Made by a program: the position numbers and the translations under genes
Part shown: positions 23,471 through 31,726 of the stretch, in pieces
Position numbering within the stretch: the stretch's first letter is position 1
How the letters are laid out: each line of letters begins with the position of its first letter
Notes under the pieces: model-generated
Databases searched by the model: none
What the model saw: the letters and a program-made list of their open reading frames with translations, nothing else
What the model was told of the DNA's origin: nothing
From: Candidatus Lokiarchaeum ossiferum
GTDB lineage: Archaea > Asgardarchaeota > Lokiarchaeia > Sigyniarchaeales > Promethearchaeaceae
DNA length: 32,000 nucleotides
NCBI GenBank assembly: GCA_025839675.1
Contig: CP104013.1
Span: 2,130,001 to 2,162,000, forward strand
Reading direction: 5' to 3'

Positions 23471-23818
23471 TTATTCAAAATGAGGATTTTTGAAAACTAG
23501 CTCTTCCAACCCATCTTTTTTCTGTTGGAGATCCAATAAAAATTCATTGGGAAGTGAATTTTCGATTTGAGCCTGATGATCTACAAACACAGAAATAGGA
23601 TAATCCTTATATCCTTTCGGAAATAGCTCGTCAAAAGCACTCCGTTGTTCCGTAAACATGAAACTTCGTGATTGGATTTCCGGAACAATTAACCCACCAA
23701 CAACATGGAGATCAGCTAAGATTACGACCACTTCTTCATTCGGAAAATTTTTTTGTTGATAAGTAGCGATAAATTGCAAGGCTGGAGGGGTTATGGTTAA
23801 ATCATATTTCATGTCCAT
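23471..23818 (-). CDS. Hypothetical 115-aa protein, faintly HesB/IscA-fold-like but without any cysteine
   Basis: ATG at 23816-23818, ending 21 nt upstream of the WD40 start, so an operon is likely. There is a loose resemblance to Fe-S_biosyn proteins. LTITPPALQFI resembles ITLTxxAxxxI, and ISVFVDHQ ... ELVFKNPH resembles VVVDxxS ... GFxFxNPN. The cluster-binding Cys residues are absent. Confidence 0.5.
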   Translation of the reverse strand: MDMKYDLTITPPALQFIATYQQKNFPNEEVVVILADLHVVGGLIVPEIQSRSFMFTEQRSAFDELFPKGYKDYPISVFVDHQAQIENSLPNEFLLDLQQKKDGLEELVFKNPHFE

Positions 23819-23957
23819 TTCACAAGTCCAATGAGAGGCTGTTTCTTAAAAAAAGTTGCTCTTATGTTTTGATGGAAAAAATGACAAAACTCATTAAATA
23901 TTTGATAATTTTTTGATTATCAGTTCCTGATAATTTATCAATATTTTGCATTAATCT

Positions 23958-24428
23958 TTAAATATTTTCCAACATCCATGGTTCCACTCGCGGATGTTTT
24001 TTCAGAATGGTGCAGCATTTTTTCCTAAAATTGGAAACCCGCTTGTCAGTAATTTCTGAAAGTTGAGAAATTAGAAATGAGAGTTTCTCTGCGTTTTGAT
24101 ATTTAATAACATTTAAAATTTCTTCCTGTGGGCTAGCAAAAAAAGCATCAAATTCTTCTTGAAAAAACATTAGATAATGCAAAATGGCATCATTGCGCGT
24201 TTCTAAGGGTTTTTCTACATCATGAATCAATGAAAGATATTCTACAGGGGTTTGAGCATAGTCACTTGCAAGGGGAGCTTTCACCTTGCGCCCAATGAAC
24301 ACCCCGTTTTCATATACGGCTTCCAAATTAGAGGGCATTTTTTGGTGTGGGTTTTTACGTAAATGTTCGCTTTTTTGGAGATCTCTGCCTTGCTTCGGTT
24401 CTTTTGTGACGCCTTTTTTTTTACTCAT
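23958..24428 (-). CDS. Hypothetical protein with a basic N-terminus, no family recognised
   Basis: The track ORF starts at TTG 24443, and the first ATG is at 24428 (MSKKKGVTKEPKQGRD). The composition is protein-like, and there is no convincing competing ORF on the other strand. Confidence 0.5.
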   Translation of the reverse strand: MSKKKGVTKEPKQGRDLQKSEHLRKNPHQKMPSNLEAVYENGVFIGRKVKAPLASDYAQTPVEYLSLIHDVEKPLETRNDAILHYLMFFQEEFDAFFASPQEEILNVIKYQNAEKLSFLISQLSEITDKRVSNFRKKCCTILKKHPRVEPWMLENI

Positions 24429-24815
24429 TTGACTCAGTTCCAATTTGCAATTTATTCTTACTGTAATTGACTCCCTATTTTAAAGTTGTGATTTATGAAA
24501 AAAAGTGCAAAAAAAAAAAAGATAGTTCTACAGAAAAATTTCACATCAAAGAAATCCTCAATTAGCACGATATCAAACCATATAAATGCCCATTAAAACA
24601 GCAAATGTGAAATAAACACGTTCCCATGACTTTTGATGGTTCATTCTGAGATAATTTTACCTTGCCTATTCTAAAATGATATCAGTAGGCATTAATACTA
24701 CACACAACAGCATGAGATTCTTCTCTTTGATAAAAACCAGAATTCAATCTCAGATAAAATTTTTCGGGAGAAATCAAACAAAAATAAGGAATAATTATGA
24801 AAAAAAGATAAAAAT

Positions 24816-27359
24816 TTACTCGGTAGTTGATTTTGCTTCCAACTCTTCAATACGTGCCAGCAATTTCTTCACTTGGGATTTCAGATCATCCATATCCTTA
24901 CTAAATTTCTTTTCAATCTTCTCAGGATCTTGACGCTCTTTAATTTTTTTCACAATGCGTTCCACCATAGGATGACTTTGGGAAGCAATTTTAGCTTTCG
25001 CTTCATTAAATCCACCTGTTAAGCTCATCTCAGTCGATTGTGAAAAACTTCGGATCATATTCTGAACCATCGCCTCGCTTTGTTCTTGCTTTAAGTGAGA
25101 TAAAAGCGTTGCAATGGTACGTTGTTTAATCGATTTTTCTTGCCAAGTTAAACACTCCGCAATGCTACTATATATCGCCCGACGAGCTCTTTCTGAAACC
25201 TTTCCATAAGGTAATTTGGCCAAAAGATAGTCCAAGGCTTCGGGTGTACGAGTATTGCCGATAGCCATATATAAACTGGACTCAATCAAACTTTTAAACC
25301 CATCACCAATCTGATATTGGAGCAAGAAATCATAGGCTTCTTTTGTGTGTTGAGAGCCAATCACTTTCAAAGCAGCACCTGTGGCCCAATAAAGCGTTTC
25401 TGGTCGTTGTAAAAACTTCTTCATTGCATCGAATACTATTGGGTATTGCATCCCGCTTAAATTGGGGATGAAATCTTGGAGGACCATGGGATCGGTTTCA
25501 CTTTCTAACAAAGATACAAGTCCTTCAATAGCTGCAAAAGTTGGAGATTTAGCCAATTCTTTTGCCATTTCGATTCGCACACCCCAGAATTTTTCTTTGC
25601 GATATGCTGCAAGAACGGCTTCTAAATTTTTCTTTTTCCCCTTCTTTAATAATTCTCGTGCTGCTAAAATACGCAAAATCACCGACTTATGAGTTAACTG
25701 ACGGATGAGAAGCTCATCTCCAGGATTAAACTCTAAAGAAAACAAAGTTTTGCATTCAGGATCTAAAACAACTTGTAACGGTTTTTTATCCACTTTGAAG
25801 TAAAGGGTTTGTTCTTTTTCCTTGATTTCAAACACGCGTTGATCTATCTGCCCATCAGCAGATTCCCATTGCACTTCTAAGGGGAAGTTGAACAATCCTA
25901 TTTCCTTATCCTTATCTTCTTGAGTTTGTGTCACTTTCAAGGATGCCAATTCAGATTTCTCGTTGTAGGAGAATTCCGCTTTCAATTTGGGATACCCAGG
26001 TTTATATAACCATTGTTCAAAGAAGGCTTCCAAACTTAATCCAGAATGTTCTTCCATTTTTCGTTGGAAATCAATGGTTTCTACCACTTTGCCTTTAAAT
26101 GTATTTAGATAATCAGAAGTGGCAGTCCAAAAAATGTCTTCACCGAGTTTGGATCGGAGCATATGGAGCCGCCAAGCACCGCCTGGATAGAGATGCATAT
26201 CATACATATCCCAACTAGAACTATATTTGTTTGTTACAATTGGACGAGCATATTTAGAATCAGATTCTTTCATATAGCTCCGGGCATCGCAAAAAAGCCC
26301 ATAAAGGTTCTCATCGTGACCGTAAAAATCTTCAAAGTACACTGTTTCCATATACGTGGCCCAACCTTCTTTTAACCAAGCATGACTAAATTCTTTGCAA
26401 ACGATCATGTCCCCAAACCAACTATGGCTCATTTCATGGGCATTAACATCATCAACAATCCACAACATCTCAAGAGCTTCTTTTTCGTTTAAAATCGCAA
26501 AATCACCCCAGGTTACAAAACTGATGTTTTCCATAGCCCCTCCGTGATGAAAAGTCGCAATTTGATAATATTTATCCCATTCTAAGGGACATTTCAACTT
26601 TTTGGCCATCCATTCCAAGAATTTAGGTGTTGCTTCAAAACTGGTTTTCAATTGTGCCGAGGTATAGCCTTTGGGAGCATAGTAAGCAACAGGAATTTGG
26701 CCTTTTCCAGCATCTGCAGCGCGATCTTGGTAGGAGACAAATTCACCGACAGCCAATGTGATCAAATAACTTGGACAAGGGAATGTTTGGGACCAATGAG
26801 ATGTCTTTGTTCCATCCCCATTCTTTACCTCATCTATGAATTTTCCATTGGCGAGCATAGTATGAGATTCATCAGAAGTCAGATAAAAATCAATTGAACA
26901 CCGAACGGAAAGATGATCAATACATGGGAGCCAATAACGAGTACGAATCGATTCAGTGTCAGTAATTGCATAACTTGCACGATCGGGATATGCTGCATCA
27001 GGATGGCAGAAATATAACCCCGATATAGGGTGATCAATTATATACTGAATAGTAAAGGATCGTTCTTCGCCTTTTTCATAATTTTTATTCCAAAAGAAAG
27101 AAAGGGACTCATCATTTTTCTGCCAATGATCAACACCATCAACAGCAATAATCTCTAAATCAATTGCATCAAAAGTAATTTTATTCGCTCCAAGAACATT
27201 GGCTTTCACTTTCGTTGTCACGGAACCAACCACTCTAAAATTAGGAATATCAAATTTAAGTTTAATAGTTTGATGAATTGGTTCCAATTGCAAATCGCGT
27301 GGATAGTTTCCTTCCACATCTGGAGTTGCAAAATCTTTTACATACTGTAAAATCGTCAT
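24816..27359 (-). CDS. M1-family zinc aminopeptidase (aminopeptidase N / tricorn-interacting-factor-like) with C-terminal HEAT/ARM-like repeats and a coiled-coil tail
   Basis: GAMEN exopeptidase motif (HHGGAMENISF) and zinc site HEMSH-x18-E (HEMSHSWFGDMIVCKEFSHAWLKEG). The C-terminal helical repeats include ILAARELLKKGKKKNLEAVLAAY, and the end is DLKSQVKKLLARIEELEAK. The track start is TTG 27371. ATG 27359 sits about 25 nt from a TATA-like tttttatttta. Confidence 0.9.
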   Translation of the reverse strand: MTILQYVKDFATPDVEGNYPRDLQLEPIHQTIKLKFDIPNFRVVGSVTTKVKANVLGANKITFDAIDLEIIAVDGVDHWQKNDESLSFFWNKNYEKGEERSFTIQYIIDHPISGLYFCHPDAAYPDRASYAITDTESIRTRYWLPCIDHLSVRCSIDFYLTSDESHTMLANGKFIDEVKNGDGTKTSHWSQTFPCPSYLITLAVGEFVSYQDRAADAGKGQIPVAYYAPKGYTSAQLKTSFEATPKFLEWMAKKLKCPLEWDKYYQIATFHHGGAMENISFVTWGDFAILNEKEALEMLWIVDDVNAHEMSHSWFGDMIVCKEFSHAWLKEGWATYMETVYFEDFYGHDENLYGLFCDARSYMKESDSKYARPIVTNKYSSSWDMYDMHLYPGGAWRLHMLRSKLGEDIFWTATSDYLNTFKGKVVETIDFQRKMEEHSGLSLEAFFEQWLYKPGYPKLKAEFSYNEKSELASLKVTQTQEDKDKEIGLFNFPLEVQWESADGQIDQRVFEIKEKEQTLYFKVDKKPLQVVLDPECKTLFSLEFNPGDELLIRQLTHKSVILRILAARELLKKGKKKNLEAVLAAYRKEKFWGVRIEMAKELAKSPTFAAIEGLVSLLESETDPMVLQDFIPNLSGMQYPIVFDAMKKFLQRPETLYWATGAALKVIGSQHTKEAYDFLLQYQIGDGFKSLIESSLYMAIGNTRTPEALDYLLAKLPYGKVSERARRAIYSSIAECLTWQEKSIKQRTIATLLSHLKQEQSEAMVQNMIRSFSQSTEMSLTGGFNEAKAKIASQSHPMVERIVKKIKERQDPEKIEKKFSKDMDDLKSQVKKLLARIEELEAKSTTE

Positions 27360-27459
27360 TATCGAGATCAAAGATGGGCTAAAATAAAAAGTTTGGAATC
27401 ATCCTTGATAAAATAACCAAAAATATGGACACAAAAATACTAATAAGATTTAAGAAATA

Positions 27460-27490
27460 TTATCCGCCAAAGTACTTTATCCGACAAAGT
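27460..27490. promoter_or_regulatory. Tandem direct repeat TTATCCGCCAAAGT / TTATCCGACAAAGT (17-bp period) directly abutting the TATA-like box of the 27519 operon
   Basis: The 14-mers at 27460-27473 and 27477-27490 differ at one position. TTAAATAAAA follows at 27491-27500, and the ATG is at 27519, which implies a leaderless or near-leaderless transcript. Confidence 0.5.
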
Positions 27491-27518
27491 TTAAATAAAA
27501 CATCAAATTATTATTTTT

Positions 27519-28448
27519 ATGGACATACCAAAAAATCCTAGATCTGAATCTGATCAAATAACTCAACCTACCATCAAACATAAACCGATTTTACGTATTC
27601 AATTTGCACTGATAATTCTTTCAAGTATTATTGTCACAGTAATTTTCCTACTTCTGCGCATGATTTTAGACTTAGATATATCGAAAAGTTATCTTCCCTT
27701 ACTGGCATATCCTCTCAATTTCCTACTGCTATATATTGTCTTTTATCAAAAAGCGCACGTACCCATCCATGCAGATTCCTTCCGAATTTTTACTCAAGAG
27801 ATCGGTTTGAAAATTGACAAGAATACTTGGAAATTAGTCTTCCTTGGAGTCCTTTTAGGGATTCTTTCTTTAAGCGGGATGTTGTTGGGATCCATATTAT
27901 CAAATAATTATACCTTCGATTGGGCCCAACTTGAGTTAGAACAAGTTTTATTCGCAACTGTGCCAGGAATTTGGGAAGAAATTTTCTTCCGTGGATTATT
28001 AATGCTTGTCTTCTTGAAAATCTTCAAAAAGACGAAGAAGACCATGATTATTCAGTCAATCGTCTTTGGATTGCTCCACTTTCAAGGATTTCATCTTTGG
28101 GAAATTGTTGATATGATTTCAGTCATGGTAATCGGATTTGCGTTCACCTATGTAGCATATCAGACCAATTCAATCATCCCCGGAATGATTTTCCACTATA
28201 TCCATGATGCATTTATTTTCTTAGTGCAGGTTCCTGAAACCACGGTATCAACTAATCTGGATAACGTTTATTTTTACCTAAGTCTGTGGATAGCTCAAGC
28301 CATCATCTGTGGTATTTCCTATCTATTTCAAAAGCTGGTACTAAATTCCCCTAAGAAATGGAAGTATGATTATAATCATCTTCTCCCTCTGATTCCACAA
28401 AAATTGAATAAAATAACTCATATGAATAGTGATATCAAGCAAGAATAA
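27519..28448 (+). CDS. CPBP-family (CAAX protease / Abi-type) intramembrane glutamic endopeptidase
   Basis: 309-aa polytopic ORF with the three family motifs: WEEIFFRG (EExxxR), VFGLLHF (FxxxH) and FHYIHDAF (HxxxD/N). Confidence 0.8.
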   Translation: MDIPKNPRSESDQITQPTIKHKPILRIQFALIILSSIIVTVIFLLLRMILDLDISKSYLPLLAYPLNFLLLYIVFYQKAHVPIHADSFRIFTQEIGLKIDKNTWKLVFLGVLLGILSLSGMLLGSILSNNYTFDWAQLELEQVLFATVPGIWEEIFFRGLLMLVFLKIFKKTKKTMIIQSIVFGLLHFQGFHLWEIVDMISVMVIGFAFTYVAYQTNSIIPGMIFHYIHDAFIFLVQVPETTVSTNLDNVYFYLSLWIAQAIICGISYLFQKLVLNSPKKWKYDYNHLLPLIPQKLNKITHMNSDIKQE

Positions 28449-28504
28449 TTATTTGTTCGAATTAGAAACATTTTTCTTTTTTATTTCACAAAACCAATTA
28501 GATC

Positions 28505-29155
28505 ATGGTCAAATCCAAACCGAGGGAACTCTCTTTGCTTCAAAAAAAAATTTTTTATAGCACAATTCGGTATGGAATTCGTGAATTAGTGCAAGCAGTT
28601 CTATTATTTTTTGCTACCTTCTTGTTTATCAACAATTACACCCCACTCATATTTGCAGCAGTGATCTTTTTGGGAGTGTTCTTGAGTCCAAAAATAGATA
28701 AATATATAAAAATGGAATTGATTTACCCTCGCGTAGGATTTATAGAACTGCTTCCATCGCATAAAAGGATCCTCAAAAATTACAAGAAAATAGGGGTCAT
28801 TGTTTTCATAATCACCTACATCTTGTTCTTCCTGATAGTTTTTTTACAAAACTGGACAATTGAGACAATGCTGAAATACCTTCCAATATTCATTTGTATT
28901 ATTTTTATTGGTCGTGCAATTTATACATATTTTCTAACCAAGAGGTGGCAATCCCTTCTGGTAGGGGCTTTGAGTGGAATCTTCACAATTAGTTTATATT
29001 TAATTCCGCTCTCAGAAGGACGGTTCTTTCCGATGGTGTTTAGTTTATCCCATGCACTATTGTTTTTAATCGTTGGAGGGTGGAAATTCTGGAATTTTCT
29101 GAAAGCAAACCCTATAAGCGTGGAAGAAGAGGAAATCGACAATGAATCCGAGTAA
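28505..29155 (+). CDS. Polytopic membrane protein with an acidic C-terminal tail, no family recognised
   Basis: 216-aa ORF with about six hydrophobic helices, ending VEEEEIDNESE. Its last 14 nt overlap the start of the downstream wHTH gene. Confidence 0.6.
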   Translation: MVKSKPRELSLLQKKIFYSTIRYGIRELVQAVLLFFATFLFINNYTPLIFAAVIFLGVFLSPKIDKYIKMELIYPRVGFIELLPSHKRILKNYKKIGVIVFIITYILFFLIVFLQNWTIETMLKYLPIFICIIFIGRAIYTYFLTKRWQSLLVGALSGIFTISLYLIPLSEGRFFPMVFSLSHALLFLIVGGWKFWNFLKANPISVEEEEIDNESE

Positions 29156-29501
29156 CCCAGAATCAAGCGGAAATATTAAGGTAGGCAAGGTTGATCCCAA
29201 AAAAAATCGTGAAAACTATTTTTTTTCAGATGACGACAAATTTATTCATGAACCTATCCGTTTGCTCATCATGGCCTATTTATATTCAGTTGATAAAGCC
29301 GATATGAAATATTTACAAAAAGAATTACAAGTTTCTTGGGGGAATTTGTCCTTCCATTCTACGAAATTGGAAGAAAGACATTATATTTCCATTGAAAAAC
29401 AATTTATTAAAAAAAAATCATACACTATCTTATCTCTTACAGGTATCGGTCGTAAAGCTTTTCAAAAATACCGTAAAAACCTAAAAAAGATTGTTTTTTG
29501 A
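29142..29501 (+). CDS. Winged-helix transcriptional regulator (HTH_34 / ArsR-like type)
   Basis: HEPIRLLIMAYLYSVDKADMKYLQKELQVSWGNLSFHSTKLEERHYISIEKQFIKKKSYTILSLTGIGRKAFQKYRKNL matches the remembered HTH_34 pattern. That pattern is HEP.RL.I...L......F..L...L....GNLS.H...LE..GY+...K.F......T...LT..GR.A... Confidence 0.75.
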   Translation: MNPSNPESSGNIKVGKVDPKKNRENYFFSDDDKFIHEPIRLLIMAYLYSVDKADMKYLQKELQVSWGNLSFHSTKLEERHYISIEKQFIKKKSYTILSLTGIGRKAFQKYRKNLKKIVF

Positions 29502-29529
29502 TTCAGAAATTCATAAAAATTCTTTTAGG

Positions 29530-30477
29530 TTAGGTAACCATGTAAGTTTTAGTTTTTAAAGACTCTATAATGCGAAACCCGGCTTTAGTATATAAACCCA
29601 CGGCTTTCTCATTCTCAACATCAGCCGTTAATATAATTTTTTTACTTTCTTTTTCTGTAAAGTGTTCTATTGCCTTTAAGAGCATATAACTCCCTATCTT
29701 TTGATGTTGGAATTTAGGAATGACTGCAAGTCCTGAAATATAACCGAATTGTTTTCCAGGTTCATAGGCCAAATTGCACGAACCAATGAGGATCCCATCA
29801 GCAAACACTTGTCCGATTGCAAAGTCAAAATGCTTTTTTTGGGAATCGATAAGGGATTGTGAATTTTCAAGAGTCCATTCTTGAAAATCAAAACTGCCTC
29901 GGAAAGCAGCATTATATACCTCCACATATTGCTCAAGGTTGACCGGTTCAAGAGATTTTTGATAGGTTAGACCTTGGGGGAGTTGAGGCAGAAATGAAGG
30001 ATTCAAATCTACAAGATGTAATTCAAGGGCATAATGAAAGGGATGAAAACCGAATTTTTCCAAGGCCCGATCAAAGGGTGCTGAAAGAGTCCCAGTTGTT
30101 TCTATTTCTAGACCTTGAATATTTTGGGATTTTCCAAGAGAAATCCCTGCTTCGATGACTTGTTGCGGAAGGCGGGTATCAAAATATTCCGGAAGTATTG
30201 CATAAAATAAAAAATGGGATTTAAAAAGTCCAGAGAGATTACTCATAGCAACATATCCAACAAATTTTCCATTATCATCCTCAAATCGTATTACATCACG
30301 GGAGAGATCAAATCCTTTTCCAAACCACAAATCCAGAATGTCATCCTTAAATTCGATGTTATAATCCGGGTAGAGGTAGTTTCCCATAGTGTTATGCAAA
30401 GTTAATAGATTGGAAAGTGAAATGTCTTTTTCCCATGATTTTTTCTGGAAATGATCATTTGAAGTTTTTTGGATCAT
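29530..30477 (-). CDS. Two-domain GNAT N-acetyltransferase (MshD-like architecture: degenerate N-terminal GNAT plus canonical C-terminal GNAT)
   Basis: The C-terminal half has motif A, LAVIPKFQHQKIGSYMLLKAIEHF, then NEKAVGLYTKAGFRI. The N-terminal half has a GNAT-like core (FLFYAILPEYFDTRLPQQVIEAGISLG ... FDRALEKFGFHP). The track start at 30513 adds 12 odd residues, and ATG 30477 (MIQKTSN) aligns with the paralog. Confidence 0.85.
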   Translation of the reverse strand: MIQKTSNDHFQKKSWEKDISLSNLLTLHNTMGNYLYPDYNIEFKDDILDLWFGKGFDLSRDVIRFEDDNGKFVGYVAMSNLSGLFKSHFLFYAILPEYFDTRLPQQVIEAGISLGKSQNIQGLEIETTGTLSAPFDRALEKFGFHPFHYALELHLVDLNPSFLPQLPQGLTYQKSLEPVNLEQYVEVYNAAFRGSFDFQEWTLENSQSLIDSQKKHFDFAIGQVFADGILIGSCNLAYEPGKQFGYISGLAVIPKFQHQKIGSYMLLKAIEHFTEKESKKIILTADVENEKAVGLYTKAGFRIIESLKTKTYMVT

Positions 30478-30543
30478 ATGATAGAAAAAATATATACATG
30501 AATTTAAGTACATCGGGGAAATTCATACATTAAATTGTTCCAT

Positions 30544-31494
30544 TCAAAAAATTTTATAGGTTTTAATTTTCAACGAATCAATCACACAAAATCCAACACG
30601 AGTATATAACTTCACGGCATTTTCATTGGAAACATCAGTATTCAATCTGATTTTGACACAGCCTTTCTCTTTGAAATGTTCAATTGCGAGTGAAAGCAAG
30701 AAGCTACCAACACCTTGATGTTGATTAGCGGGCAATACGGCAAATCCTGACACAAGACCAACATTTTCCAGGGGATCAAACGAGAGGTTGCAAAAACCGA
30801 TGAGGCGATCATCAATAGAAGCTTGCCAGATTGCAAAATCATACTGGTGATTTTGGAAGGTAATAAATTTCCTACAATTTTCAGTAGTCCATTCAATGAA
30901 ATCAAAACTATTTTGAAATGCTTGGTTATAAACTTCAACAAATTGCTCATAGTCTACGGGCTCTGAAAGTTTCCGTAAAGTGATGCCTTCTGGAGGGTGA
31001 GAACGTAAAAAATCTTTGAAATCTAATAGTTGCAATTCCAAGGAGGATTTAACGGGATGATATCCCATTTCTTCCAACACTCTATCAAAAGGAGCGGCTC
31101 GAGTGCCATTTGTGGAGATTTTAAGATTTTGTAAATTTAGAGATTCCCCCAAGGATATGCCACTTTCAATAACGAGCTGTGGAAGTGAAGTCTCGAAATA
31201 TTCAGGAAGAATGGCATAGAATAGCATGTGTGATTTTAATTGTCCAGACAAATTTGTAATGGCCACATATCCAATTAAGGTGCCTTCTGGTGTCTCAAAG
31301 CGAATAACATCCCGAGAAATGTTACCGTCTTTTCCAAACCAAACTTTCAGAATGTCTTCATTAAATTCATGATAGTTTTCTGCCATAAGATATTTACCCA
31401 TGGTATTTTGCAAAGTAACTAAATATTTGGGTGAATGGTGCTTTTCCCATGGTTTTTTAAGAAAGAAATTTGGTGCATCATTTGCATTTACCAT
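30544..31494 (-). CDS. Two-domain GNAT N-acetyltransferase, tandem paralog of 29530-30477
   Basis: 316-aa ORF, colinear with its neighbour over the full length, with roughly half the residues identical by eye. Shared blocks include SRDVIRFE, LFYAILPEYF, APFDR, FVEVYN.AF..SFDF.EWT and YDFAI. Motif A is FAVLPANQHQGVGSFLLSLAIEHF. Confidence 0.85.
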   Translation of the reverse strand: MVNANDAPNFFLKKPWEKHHSPKYLVTLQNTMGKYLMAENYHEFNEDILKVWFGKDGNISRDVIRFETPEGTLIGYVAITNLSGQLKSHMLFYAILPEYFETSLPQLVIESGISLGESLNLQNLKISTNGTRAAPFDRVLEEMGYHPVKSSLELQLLDFKDFLRSHPPEGITLRKLSEPVDYEQFVEVYNQAFQNSFDFIEWTTENCRKFITFQNHQYDFAIWQASIDDRLIGFCNLSFDPLENVGLVSGFAVLPANQHQGVGSFLLSLAIEHFKEKGCVKIRLNTDVSNENAVKLYTRVGFCVIDSLKIKTYKIF

Positions 31495-31726
31495 ATAATA
31501 TTTTGTAGAAAAAACGACATTTAAGAATTATGAAATTATGCATGCATTCAAAGGATTATGGTCCTTAAAAGAGAAGAAGCAGTATTTTTTATTAAAAATC
31601 GATCTCACGTATTGTTATTTAATGACGACCTTTCCGTTATCTTTTTGGGTATATTGATGGTCTCATTTTTATAGATTAATTCCCAATTGTTAATCAAACA
31701 TTATTTATGTCTTTACTGGGATCATC

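Noticed and set aside
24444-24815. This 370-bp ORF-free spacer downstream of the aminopeptidase gene could hold a non-coding RNA. It contains an A12 run (24509-24520, which is T12 on the minus strand) and a 34-codon basic ORF starting at ATG 24495.
   Set aside because: I saw no stable GC-supported stem-loops or conserved-looking structure, and the mini-ORF is lysine-rich low complexity with no ribosome-binding or promoter support. The T12 on the minus strand may simply be a terminator or insulator between the two minus-strand genes. Transcript data would be needed to say more.
24816-27359. The M1 peptidase plus HEAT/ARM repeat architecture is reminiscent of eukaryotic TAF2 (a TFIID subunit), a tempting eukaryote-like signature.
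   Set aside because: The GAMEN and HExxH-x18-E catalytic motifs are fully intact, whereas TAF2 is catalytically degenerate. Helical C-terminal domains are also normal for prokaryotic M1 enzymes such as tricorn-interacting factors. It is most simply an active aminopeptidase.
27519-28448. The CPBP family is also called Abi (abortive infection), suggesting a phage-defence gene.
   Set aside because: The Abi name is historical and covers mostly housekeeping or immunity-type membrane proteases. Nothing else in the neighbourhood looks defence-related.
31495-31726. ATGCATGCAT and other short palindromes in the spacer upstream of the GNAT pair could be regulatory sites.
   Set aside because: They are short, unrepeated, and expected by chance in AT-rich sequence. 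Nothing distinguishes them from background.
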